From an uncultured Candidatus Saccharibacteria bacterium (GTDB lineage Bacteria > Patescibacteriota > Minisyncoccia > Phycocordibacterales > WO2-35-19): 64,000 bases of DNA. The position numbers and the translations under genes were made by a program. How positions within the stretch are numbered: the first letter of the stretch is position 1; every line of letters starts with the position of its first letter. Shown here in pieces: positions 8,868 through 17,758 of this stretch. Below the pieces are notes generated by a model that worked only from the letters and a program-made list of their open reading frames with translations, was not told where the DNA came from and ran no database searches. The stretch lies in NCBI GenBank assembly GCA_964630525.1, contig CAZVUY010000002.1, positions 99,693-163,692 of the forward strand, in the 5' to 3' direction.

Positions 8868-10814
8868 TTACAACAAATTGTCTGGATCGATCTTTATTTC
8901 AAAATGAAGAGGGAGGGTTTTTAAGACAGAAATGATTTTTTTGTCTGGCCAATTTTCCCGAGGAATTTTGATGACTGCATTTACCGCCGCCTGTTCACCC
9001 TTTTTTTCTTGGGAAGAGCTGAAGAGGGTGGTTTTGTAATCATGATTTTGACCGTACACTTCCTGATCATCGTCTGGAGACTTTTTGAGTTTCGCCAATA
9101 TTTTTTTTAGGTTGTCGATCTCTTTGGTAACAAAATTTTTCGAACCACGAGTAGTGATTTTGATAAAAATACCGTAAGGCGGGTATTCCAATATTTTGCG
9201 ATCTTCAGTCTCGTTGTTATAAAAACCAAGCAAATCTCCGGTTAGGGCAAGCTTGACCGTCTCTTCTTCCGGGTTGCGAGTTTGAATCAAAAAATTTTCT
9301 TTGGCTATTTCTTTGGTTTGTAGAATCAACCTAAATATTTTTTCGCGGATTTTGTAGTCTGGTACAAAAAACAAGGAGTCAAATGAGGCAATGATGGCCG
9401 TATTGATCTTTTTTTGTAAGTAAGAAAAAGCAAGCTCGGTACCGAGCAAGACTCCGCCGCGAGTGTTATAAAAGCTATCCATGATTTTTATAGCTTTGGT
9501 ACTACTATCGACCACATCTTTGTTCATTTCAAAAAGGTTGAGGTTGGGCAATTTTTCCTTTAGTTCTTGAGCGACTCGGTCGACACCAACACCATAAGCG
9601 GCCAATTTCCAGCTACCACATTTTTGGCAAACTTCAGAAGCGTCTCTGGTTTCGCCACATTGCGGACATTTGAAAAGCCCCCCATCTTTTATTTTGTAAA
9701 GAATCATGGCCGAAGCGCAGTTGGAGCACTTGACTTGTTCGCCACAATCTCGACAGATGGTCATCGGAGCCAGACCTTTGCGGGCGGCAAAAATAAAAGT
9801 GTGAGCTCCTTTTTTTGCAGTTTCTTCGATCAAGGTTAAGAGATCGTCAGAAATAATCCGAAAATCTTTTTCTTTCTTGGTCAGGGTTTTTAGGTCTATC
9901 AGGTAAGTTTTCAAATCGGAGGTTAGGCGCCATTTGAGGTTATCAAGTTCGCGGAGCTTGTTTTCTCGATAGCGGTATAGAGTCTCGATTGTAAGGAAAG
10001 AGTCGCCGATAATACAGCGAGCACCTATTTTTTGAGCATAACTTTCAACGAAAAAACGCAGATCAATGAAAGGTCTGGAGAGGGTTTTCCAACCGTTTTC
10101 ATTTTCTTTGTCGATAATGATTGTGCCGATGTCATCTCTACCGACACAAAGCCACTTAGCAGTACCAATGATGAGTACAGGATGATCAGTGTTGGAGGTT
10201 TTTTGCCATTCGGCCTTTAGTTCTTTTTTGGTCATTTCTTTTTGGAAGCTAGCCACATAGGTTTCGATACCCCGACTCAATCTTTCTTTGGCCTGCCTCA
10301 CATCTTCATTTTGGGGTAGACAAATAAAAACAGATTTCTTTTTTGCAAATTCTTCCCGAATCAAAAGTCTATAATTGCTAAAACGCTCTTCTTCACTTGC
10401 CTGGAGGATTAGGGTTTCTGTTTTTTGTTCGGTCATTTTCCCAGACTTTTGATTATAATTTTTGGCACTGATCAATCTAGGGTTTTCTAAAATGAAAGAG
10501 GGGATGAGATGATAAAGCACCCCACCGGTGGTGGCCACGAAGTAACCAGCAGTTTCGTTTACCGCTTTTAGGAAATTTTTGCCAAGGAAAGGTTTGGAGA
10601 TGGAAGCCCCAATTTTTTTTAATTGAAAGCTGGCTGAACGAATCTCTGTTTTTAATTCTGCGGCGTCTTTACTGCTGACTACTAGAGCCGGTACATTTTT
10701 ACCCCGGAGATTGATCCTAACCAAAGAGCCGGCTTCAAAATGTTGGGTTGAAAAGTAAGATAAGGATTCGGCATTTAGACTTCTAGAAAATGGCAAACAT
10801 TCGACGATAAACAT
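8868..10814 (-). CDS. priA: PriA-like primosomal protein N' with degenerate ATPase motifs
   Basis: PriA-type 3' DNA-binding N-terminus, 4xCxxC zinc module, helicase-like core that aligns to PriA; classical priA-def-fmt synteny; Walker A replaced by QASEEER and DEEH by DKEN. Confidence 0.7.
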   Translation of the reverse strand: MFIVECLPFSRSLNAESLSYFSTQHFEAGSLVRINLRGKNVPALVVSSKDAAELKTEIRSASFQLKKIGASISKPFLGKNFLKAVNETAGYFVATTGGVLYHLIPSFILENPRLISAKNYNQKSGKMTEQKTETLILQASEEERFSNYRLLIREEFAKKKSVFICLPQNEDVRQAKERLSRGIETYVASFQKEMTKKELKAEWQKTSNTDHPVLIIGTAKWLCVGRDDIGTIIIDKENENGWKTLSRPFIDLRFFVESYAQKIGARCIIGDSFLTIETLYRYRENKLRELDNLKWRLTSDLKTYLIDLKTLTKKEKDFRIISDDLLTLIEETAKKGAHTFIFAARKGLAPMTICRDCGEQVKCSNCASAMILYKIKDGGLFKCPQCGETRDASEVCQKCGSWKLAAYGVGVDRVAQELKEKLPNLNLFEMNKDVVDSSTKAIKIMDSFYNTRGGVLLGTELAFSYLQKKINTAIIASFDSLFFVPDYKIREKIFRLILQTKEIAKENFLIQTRNPEEETVKLALTGDLLGFYNNETEDRKILEYPPYGIFIKITTRGSKNFVTKEIDNLKKILAKLKKSPDDDQEVYGQNHDYKTTLFSSSQEKKGEQAAVNAVIKIPRENWPDKKIISVLKTLPLHFEIKIDPDNLL

Positions 10815-10867
10815 ATAAAGATTGTGTCAGATATTTGCCTAGCTCTCAATATTGCTGATTTGCCGAC

Positions 10868-11908
10868 TTGCTTGTAGTATTTAAGCAAATGGCATTTTTC
10901 TCTAAAAAACTAGGTATTGATTTGGGGACGGCGAATATTTTGGTTTTTGTGCCTGGCAAGGGGGTGGTATTAAACGAACCTTCGGTGGTCGCGATTGGTG
11001 TTGAAAATAATCGGATTTTGGCGGTCGGAGCGGATGCTAAGGTGATGATCGGCCGTACCCCAGAGGCCATCATTGCCTATCGTCCAATGAAAGATGGTGT
11101 GATTGCTGATTATAGAGTGACAGAAGCGATGCTACGTTATTATATCCGAAAGGCGATGGGTAGCTGGAATTTTATCAAACCGGAGGTGTTAATATCGGTA
11201 CCGGCTGGTGTGACTTCAACCGAAAGAAGAGCGGTGATCGAGGCGGCTATCAAAGCGGGTGCCAAGAGCGCGTATGTTATCAAGGAGCCAATCTTAGCAG
11301 CGATCGGCGCTGGTATTCCGATCTATGAAGCTAAGGGTCATATGATCACTGATATTGGCGGTGGTACTACTGACGTAGCAGTGATTTCGCTCGGTGGCAT
11401 TGTTGCTTCTACTTCGGTCAAGTGCGCTGGCAACCGGATCGATGAAAGTATTGCTGATTATGTAAAAAAGAATTTTAACCTAGCGATTGGCGACAAAATG
11501 GCCGAAGATATCAAAATCAATATTGGTTCAGCACTGCCTCTTGAAGAAGAGTTGCGGATGGATATAAAAGGGCGTGATCTGGTGACTGGTTTACCGCGTT
11601 CGATCGAAGTGCGCACCAATGAAATTGTGAAAGCTATCTCCAAAGAGTTGAGAGAAATGATCAAGGCTATTAAAGATGTTTTGCAAGAGACACCACCCGA
11701 ACTTGCTGCTGATATTATCGACAATGGCATCATTATGACCGGGGGCACTTCTTCTTTGCGCAATTTTCCTGAATTGGTATTGGCTAAGGTTGGTGTCAAA
11801 GCCACTTTAGCCAAAGATCCGCTTTTTTGTGTCGCTCGGGGCACCGGAGTCGCGCTTGATTACCTCGGTACTTATAAGAAGACCATTATTTCAAAAAGAC
11901 AGTCATGA
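10868..11908 (+). CDS. mreB: rod-shape determining protein MreB
   Basis: GIDLGTANILVFV...NEPSVVAI actin-fold motifs; likely start at internal MAFFSKK. Confidence 0.9.
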   Translation: MLVVFKQMAFFSKKLGIDLGTANILVFVPGKGVVLNEPSVVAIGVENNRILAVGADAKVMIGRTPEAIIAYRPMKDGVIADYRVTEAMLRYYIRKAMGSWNFIKPEVLISVPAGVTSTERRAVIEAAIKAGAKSAYVIKEPILAAIGAGIPIYEAKGHMITDIGGGTTDVAVISLGGIVASTSVKCAGNRIDESIADYVKKNFNLAIGDKMAEDIKINIGSALPLEEELRMDIKGRDLVTGLPRSIEVRTNEIVKAISKELREMIKAIKDVLQETPPELAADIIDNGIIMTGGTSSLRNFPELVLAKVGVKATLAKDPLFCVARGTGVALDYLGTYKKTIISKRQS

Positions 11909-12546
11909 CCGGAAAGCTGCATCACGCCAACGTGATTCTCGATGATCAGAGTGGAGTCGATGCCCTGACTTCTTTTGTCGAACAGAGTCTCTCTTTTAAC
12001 TCAAAACAAAACCCAGATTTTTTATTTTTAGAAACCGAAACTTTCGGCATTGAAGAAGCGCGTGATTTTACGAAATGGGCACTCGGAAAACCACTAGCTG
12101 GCGATAAAAAGGTGGCATTGCTCAGAGTCAGCTCTCTGACTCTAGAGTCCCAAAATGCCTTACTCAAAATTTTTGAAGAGCCATCAGTCGGCACTTATTT
12201 TTTTCTGGTAGTGCCTAATCTTGGTAATATCTTGCCAACTCTTCTCTCTCGAATACAGATTTTGCAAATAGCAGGGAATCAAACAGCAGACAACCAAAAG
12301 AGTGATCAAAATTTGGCTTCCAAATTTACTAAACTTTCTGTTGGACAGAGGCTTGGTCTGATCAAACAATATTCAAAAGGGGACAAATCAGAACTAAAAA
12401 AGGTTTTGCAGCAATTGGAAAAACTTGTTCCAACCGAAGGTTTTGACCATGAGTCTAAGAAAAAAATACTGACTGCTAAAATTTTTTCGACCGCTAGGGG
12501 GAGCTCTGCTCGGATGCTTCTCGAATGGTTGGCTTGTGTGCTATAA
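11905..12546 (+). CDS. holB: short DNA polymerase III delta'-like protein
   Basis: LLKIFEEPSVGTYFFLV and LLSRIQIL sensor motifs; no P-loop, as expected for delta'; only 213 aa. Confidence 0.55.
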   Translation: MTGKLHHANVILDDQSGVDALTSFVEQSLSFNSKQNPDFLFLETETFGIEEARDFTKWALGKPLAGDKKVALLRVSSLTLESQNALLKIFEEPSVGTYFFLVVPNLGNILPTLLSRIQILQIAGNQTADNQKSDQNLASKFTKLSVGQRLGLIKQYSKGDKSELKKVLQQLEKLVPTEGFDHESKKKILTAKIFSTARGSSARMLLEWLACVL

Positions 12547-13113
12547 TTGATACCAATAACAATGTTCAACTTTCAGGATTTAAAGGAAAAAATAAAGGGT
12601 GTTGAGGAGTGGTTGGCAAAGGAATTCTCGGTTATCCGAACCGGCAGAGCCACTTTGGCGATTTTGGATTTTCTCCAAATAGACGCTTATGGTCAGAAAA
12701 TGGGTATTAAGGAATTGGCCAACATCTCAATCGAGGATGTAAAAACGGTCAAAATTGAGCCGTGGGATCAAAGTGTTTCCAAGAGTATCGAAAAGGCGAT
12801 CACCAATTCTAATCTAGGTCTCTCAGTCGCCCCTTTTGAGAAGGGACTAAGAATAATTTTCCCTGATTTAACGGCCGAACGGCGTGAACAATTTGCTAAA
12901 GTGGTCCGATCAAAATTGGAAGAAGCAAGGATCTCTTTGCGAGGGTTGCGCGACAAGACTTGGAAAGAAATAGAGGAAAAAGAAAAATCTGGCGGCATGG
13001 GTGAAGATGATAAGTTCAGATTGAAAGAAGAATTGCAAAAAATGATTGATGCTGCAAATCAGGGGCTCGAAAACTTGGCGTCTAAGAAGGAAGCTGAAAT
13101 CAAGAACGGATGA
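12547..13113 (+). CDS. frr: ribosome recycling factor
   Basis: Typical RRF sequence throughout. Confidence 0.9.
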   Translation: MIPITMFNFQDLKEKIKGVEEWLAKEFSVIRTGRATLAILDFLQIDAYGQKMGIKELANISIEDVKTVKIEPWDQSVSKSIEKAITNSNLGLSVAPFEKGLRIIFPDLTAERREQFAKVVRSKLEEARISLRGLRDKTWKEIEEKEKSGGMGEDDKFRLKEELQKMIDAANQGLENLASKKEAEIKNG

Positions 13114-14237
13114 CCATAATTATTTTTATTATCATTCTCGGACTTTTGGTCTTAGTTCATGAACTGGGGCATTTTTTGGCTGCCAAAAAAGCCGGAGTGA
13201 GGGTGGAAGAGTTTGGTTTTGGCTACCCTCCAAGGGTTCTAATAATCGGCAGAAAATGGGGAACCATCTTTAGCTTAAACTGGATCCCTTTTGGGGGCTT
13301 TGTAAAAATTTTTGGTGAAAACTATGAGGAAGCTGAAAGTTTAAAGCTAAAAGCTAAAAGTGAAAATTCTCCAACCTCTAACCCCCAACCTCTTAGCTTT
13401 GTTGAGATTTCTAAAAAGTGGCAAGCACTTATTTTGGTAGCGGGAGTCACTTTCAATCTTTTATTTGCCTGGTTGCTTTTTTCCTTAGGTTTCCTGATCG
13501 GTTTGCCGACTCCGGTTGAAAATGATTTTGGTGCTACAGTCACTGATCCAGTCCTAACCATCATAGAAGTTTTGCCTGATTCACCAGCTGATCTGGCTGG
13601 TCTCAAATCCGGGGACAAAATCCAAAGTATTTATACTGCCAAAGGTGAGACCAGAGGAGTATTTGACTCAGCAGAAATCTCGACCTTGATCAGTCAATCG
13701 GAGGGTGAAGTTCAGCTCATGGTGTTGCGTGGTAGCAAACCTCTAAGTTTTGATATTATTCCAGTAGAAGGTTTGGTTGATGATAAAAAAGCGATAGGAA
13801 TTAGTATGGATATGGTTGGCACTCTGACTTTGCCGCTGCACCAAGCTTTTTATGAAGGAGGCAAAACTACTTATCGGCTAACCCAACTGACCGTTGCTGG
13901 ACTAGCAGATTTATTGGTCGATGCGATCAGGGGTGAAGCTGATACCGCGAGTGTGACTGGACCGATAGGGATCGTTGGTTTGGTTGGTGATGCTTCTCGG
14001 CTAGGTTTTACTTACCTTATTACATTTACCGCTTTGATCTCAATCAATCTAGCGATTATAAATCTGGTACCTTTTCCCGCTCTTGATGGTGGCCGTCTTT
14101 TGTTTGTTGCGATCGAAGCTTTGACTCGTCGACCAATCAATAAAAACTTCGCCCAAGTTGCCAATACTACTGGTTTTGCTCTACTTATCGGACTTATGAT
14201 TTTTGTTACTTATCGAGATATTGTTAAATTGTTTTAA
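13110..14237 (+). CDS. rseP: RseP-like site-2 zinc metalloprotease (M50) with PDZ domain
   Basis: HELGHFLAAK HExxH in TM1; PDZ segment; C-terminal LDGG. Confidence 0.85.
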   Translation: MTIIIFIIILGLLVLVHELGHFLAAKKAGVRVEEFGFGYPPRVLIIGRKWGTIFSLNWIPFGGFVKIFGENYEEAESLKLKAKSENSPTSNPQPLSFVEISKKWQALILVAGVTFNLLFAWLLFSLGFLIGLPTPVENDFGATVTDPVLTIIEVLPDSPADLAGLKSGDKIQSIYTAKGETRGVFDSAEISTLISQSEGEVQLMVLRGSKPLSFDIIPVEGLVDDKKAIGISMDMVGTLTLPLHQAFYEGGKTTYRLTQLTVAGLADLLVDAIRGEADTASVTGPIGIVGLVGDASRLGFTYLITFTALISINLAIINLVPFPALDGGRLLFVAIEALTRRPINKNFAQVANTTGFALLIGLMIFVTYRDIVKLF

Positions 14238-14240
14238 TTT

Positions 14241-15482
14241 TTGCTATCATCATCCTCAATGAGACAGTCTCAACTTTTTACAAAAACCAGACGGGAGGCC
14301 CCAGCTGATGAGACGGCTAAGAACGCCCAACTCTTGATCCGAGCTGGCTATATAAACAAGGAAATGGCTGGTGTTTATTCTCTCTTACCACTAGGTTTAA
14401 GGGTGGTAAATAAAATAAAAAAAATAGTCGGAGAAGAAATGGAAATACTCGGCTCAAATGAGCTGCTCATGTCTACTTTGCAGAACAAGGAAACCTGGGA
14501 AAAGACAAACCGATGGGATGATACAGCAGTGGATGTGTGGTTTAAGTCAAAACTCAAAAATGATAGCGAGGTTGGTTTTGGCTGGTCCCATGAAGAGCCA
14601 ATCGGCGAGATGATGAGATCTCATGTGTTGAGTTATCATGATCTGCCTCGGGCGGTCCACCAATTTCAAAATAAATTAAGAAATGAAGTGCGAGCCAAAA
14701 GTGGTATCATGCGCTGCCGAGAATTTATCATGAAGGACATGTATTTCTTTGCTGCAACCGAAGAAGAAAATAATGATTTCTACAATAAAGCAATCGAAAG
14801 TTATAAAAAAATTTTTAAGAAAGTTGGCTTGGGTGATTTGACTTACGTGACCTCGGCTTCTGGTGGGGTGTTTACTGACAAATTTAGTCACGAATTTCAA
14901 ACTGTTTGTGACGCCGGAGAAGATGTTATCTATATAAATAAAGAGAACAAAACTGCGGTGAATGAAGAGGTTTACAATGGAGAAGATGGTTTTGAGAAAA
15001 TGAAGGCAGCAGAAGTGGGCAATATCTTCAATTTTGGTAATAAAAAATGTGATCAGCTGGGTTTGAATTTTTCAGATCAAAATGGAGAGAAAAAATCGGT
15101 TTTTTTGAGCTCCTTTGGTATCGGTATTACCAGACTGATGGGTGTGCTTGCCGAAGTTTTTGGAGATAATACTGGTTTGGTCTGGCCTGAAAGTGTTGCT
15201 CCGTTTAAAATCCATTTGATTGAAATTCCTTCGGGGAATTCAGAAGTTAAAAAAGTGGTTGAAAATGTTTACCAAAAAATCGGAGCTGAAAATGTTTTAT
15301 ACGACGATCGGGATGTGCGAGCGGGAGAAAAATTCGCTGATGCGGATCTTATAGGTATACCGTATCAGGTTATTGTGAGTGAAAAAAATATCGAATCTGG
15401 AAAATTTGAAATGAAAAACAGGAAGACTGGAGAAGTGAAAATGTTGAGTGAAAGAGAAATTTTTGAAATGCTGGCAAATTAA
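14241..15482 (+). CDS. proS: prolyl-tRNA synthetase, short form without editing domain
   Basis: Class II ProRS motifs; 413 aa. Confidence 0.9.
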   Translation: MLSSSSMRQSQLFTKTRREAPADETAKNAQLLIRAGYINKEMAGVYSLLPLGLRVVNKIKKIVGEEMEILGSNELLMSTLQNKETWEKTNRWDDTAVDVWFKSKLKNDSEVGFGWSHEEPIGEMMRSHVLSYHDLPRAVHQFQNKLRNEVRAKSGIMRCREFIMKDMYFFAATEEENNDFYNKAIESYKKIFKKVGLGDLTYVTSASGGVFTDKFSHEFQTVCDAGEDVIYINKENKTAVNEEVYNGEDGFEKMKAAEVGNIFNFGNKKCDQLGLNFSDQNGEKKSVFLSSFGIGITRLMGVLAEVFGDNTGLVWPESVAPFKIHLIEIPSGNSEVKKVVENVYQKIGAENVLYDDRDVRAGEKFADADLIGIPYQVIVSEKNIESGKFEMKNRKTGEVKMLSEREIFEMLAN

Positions 15483-15510
15483 AAAATCCAAGCATCCTTG
15501 CAGGAAAAAC

Positions 15511-15577
15511 AGAAAACTAAAATTTCAAAAGCTGCAGATAAATCTCGCTTATTGAAATTTTAGTTTTCTGTTTTTCT
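15511..15577 (+). terminator. rho-independent terminator after proS
   Basis: 18-bp stem AGAAAACTAAAATTTCAA/TTGAAATTTTAGTTTTCT followed by GTTTTTCT. Confidence 0.6.
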
Positions 15578-15646
15578 AAGTGGATATCAAATTACAATCA
15601 ATTAATTAACAGCGACGATTTCTAAAAACTGTGCTAGATTATCGTC

Positions 15647-16717
15647 ATGTTTAGAGAAAAGATGGAGCAATGGTGGCGCATGATGCGCAATGACATTGGT
15701 ATTGATCTTGGTACCGCGAACGTACTGGTCTATGTGCGTGGCAAAGGGGTTATACTCAACGAACCCTCGGTTGTCGCTGTAAATCAAAAGACCGGTCAGA
15801 TCGTGGCAGTTGGTCGGGAAGCCAAAAATATGCTAGGTCGCACTCCGCCGCATATCATAGCTGTCCGACCAATTGTTGGAGGAGTAATTTCTGATTTTGA
15901 GGTGACGGAAGAGATGATTAGCTATCTTTTAAAGAAAGCTCAGGCAGTTTCCAAAAAGTTTTTTGGTCCGAGAGTGGTGGTGGGTGTGCCATCACATATC
16001 ACCAATGTGGAAACAAGGGCGGTGAGAGATGCGACCCGCAATGCGGGAGCCAGTGAAGTCCATATTGTCGAAGAGCCGATGGCTGCAGCTATTGGAATGC
16101 ACTTACCAATCAACGAACCAGTTGGTAACATGGTGATCGATATTGGTGGCGGTACAGCTGATATAGCAGTTATTTCTTTGGGTGGTGTGGTGAGTTCTAA
16201 AAATGTCAGGATCGCTGGCGATAAATTAAATAACGATATAACTTCTTACATTAGGAGTGAATTTAAGATAGTGATTGGCGAGAAAACAGCTGAGAGTATC
16301 AAGACTACAATCTGTTGCCTTTTACCCGAAGAAAATCCGCTCGAAACTAAGGCGCGAGGCAGAGATCTAATCACTGGTTTGCCACGGGAAGTGGTAGTCA
16401 CCGATGCTGATATTAGGAATGCTGTTTCCAATTCGATCGAAAGACTCGTCGAAGCCACCAAAGAAGTTTTGGAATTAACCCCACCGGAAATATTGTCAGA
16501 TATCATGCATCGAGGTATTCACTTGGCGGGTGGCGGCGCTTTGATTAGGGGGTTTGCCGAGGTGCTCCAAGAAGAGGTAAAGATTCCGGTCTATATAGCC
16601 GATGACCCACTTTCTTGTGTGGTGAGGGGTACTGGTATGATCCTTGAGAAGTTAGATAAATTTAAAGACATATTGGTAGCTGACGAAGATGATATATCAA
16701 CTAAAGCATACGAATAG
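15647..16717 (+). CDS. mreB: second MreB paralog
   Basis: IGIDLGTANVLVYVRGKGVILNEPSVVAV; followed by mreC. Confidence 0.9.
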   Translation: MFREKMEQWWRMMRNDIGIDLGTANVLVYVRGKGVILNEPSVVAVNQKTGQIVAVGREAKNMLGRTPPHIIAVRPIVGGVISDFEVTEEMISYLLKKAQAVSKKFFGPRVVVGVPSHITNVETRAVRDATRNAGASEVHIVEEPMAAAIGMHLPINEPVGNMVIDIGGGTADIAVISLGGVVSSKNVRIAGDKLNNDITSYIRSEFKIVIGEKTAESIKTTICCLLPEENPLETKARGRDLITGLPREVVVTDADIRNAVSNSIERLVEATKEVLELTPPEILSDIMHRGIHLAGGGALIRGFAEVLQEEVKIPVYIADDPLSCVVRGTGMILEKLDKFKDILVADEDDISTKAYE

Positions 16718-17492
16718 TAAAAGTGGTTTGCGAGGAAATCGATTTTTTAGGACGATTGTTATTCTGCTAGTTGTTCTGGCTCTGTCTTTTGGTGCCAATT
16801 TTTTTATTGGACGTTATTTTTCCAGCACTTTCTCTTATCTTTTTGAGCTTGGCGACTATTTTTATCAAGATTTTGCTCTCATTCCTAAAAAGGTTGGTGA
16901 CCAAACAAGTCTAGCCGAAGAAAATGCCAAACTGGCAACAGAGGTGGAGGTTTTGCGGTCAGCCGTCTTTGATTACGAACTTTTAAAATCTGAAAATCAA
17001 AAACTTTATGAAGAAATCAAACTTAAGCCGGCAAGTGGGCTAATGGCAGCCAAAATTATTGCTCGTCCGCCCCAATTGCCGCTCGATTCTATTTTGCTTG
17101 ACCGAAGTTTCGAAGATGGGGTGGTTGTCGGTGATTGGGTTTTGGCGAGTGACAGGATCGTGATCGGTAAAGTATTGAAGACGGCGGAAGGACGCTCGGT
17201 GGTGGCTTTAAATTCTTTTGCTGATACTGTCTCTTATGGACATCTCGAGCGTACCAATGAATGGATAGAGGTGGTTGGTGACGGTGGCGGTAGTTTGACT
17301 GCTAAAGTACCAATAGATTTTGATGTTAAAACCGGTGACCGTATTTTGATTGAAGGCCAGCATCCTTACCTGTTGGCGGTTGTTAGTCTGATAAAAGAAA
17401 ACACCGCTTCTGGTTTCAAAGAGATATTGCTTTCATTGCCTATCAATTTATCCAAGATCAGGATAGTTTTTTTAGAAAAATCAGGTCAATGA
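16689..17492 (+). CDS. mreC: MreC-like rod shape protein
   Basis: N-terminal TM, coiled coil, beta-rich C-terminus; position after mreB. Confidence 0.6.
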   Translation: MIYQLKHTNSKSGLRGNRFFRTIVILLVVLALSFGANFFIGRYFSSTFSYLFELGDYFYQDFALIPKKVGDQTSLAEENAKLATEVEVLRSAVFDYELLKSENQKLYEEIKLKPASGLMAAKIIARPPQLPLDSILLDRSFEDGVVVGDWVLASDRIVIGKVLKTAEGRSVVALNSFADTVSYGHLERTNEWIEVVGDGGGSLTAKVPIDFDVKTGDRILIEGQHPYLLAVVSLIKENTASGFKEILLSLPINLSKIRIVFLEKSGQ

Positions 17493-17758
17493 GGAAAATA
17501 TATCGCATCGGCATCTTATTGTTCAGCATTTTGCTACCGATTATTTTCGGATGGTGGCTATTTTTACCACTCATTCTCATATCTATTTATCTGATCAAAT
17601 TGCCTTACGAAATCATCCTGGCTGCTGCGATCTTGGATTCCTTCTATTATTTTGGAGACAGTTTTTTGTCTAACCACAGGCTCACCTTGGCCGCCTTTTT
17701 TGCTATACTGATAGCACTTTTCCTGAGCGATAAGCTCAATTGGCAAAGAAGAATATAA
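17489..17758 (+). CDS. small polytopic membrane protein, possibly a minimal MreD
   Basis: 89 aa, hydrophobic; lies between mreC and the PBP2 gene. Confidence 0.3.
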   Translation: MRKIYRIGILLFSILLPIIFGWWLFLPLILISIYLIKLPYEIILAAAILDSFYYFGDSFLSNHRLTLAAFFAILIALFLSDKLNWQRRI

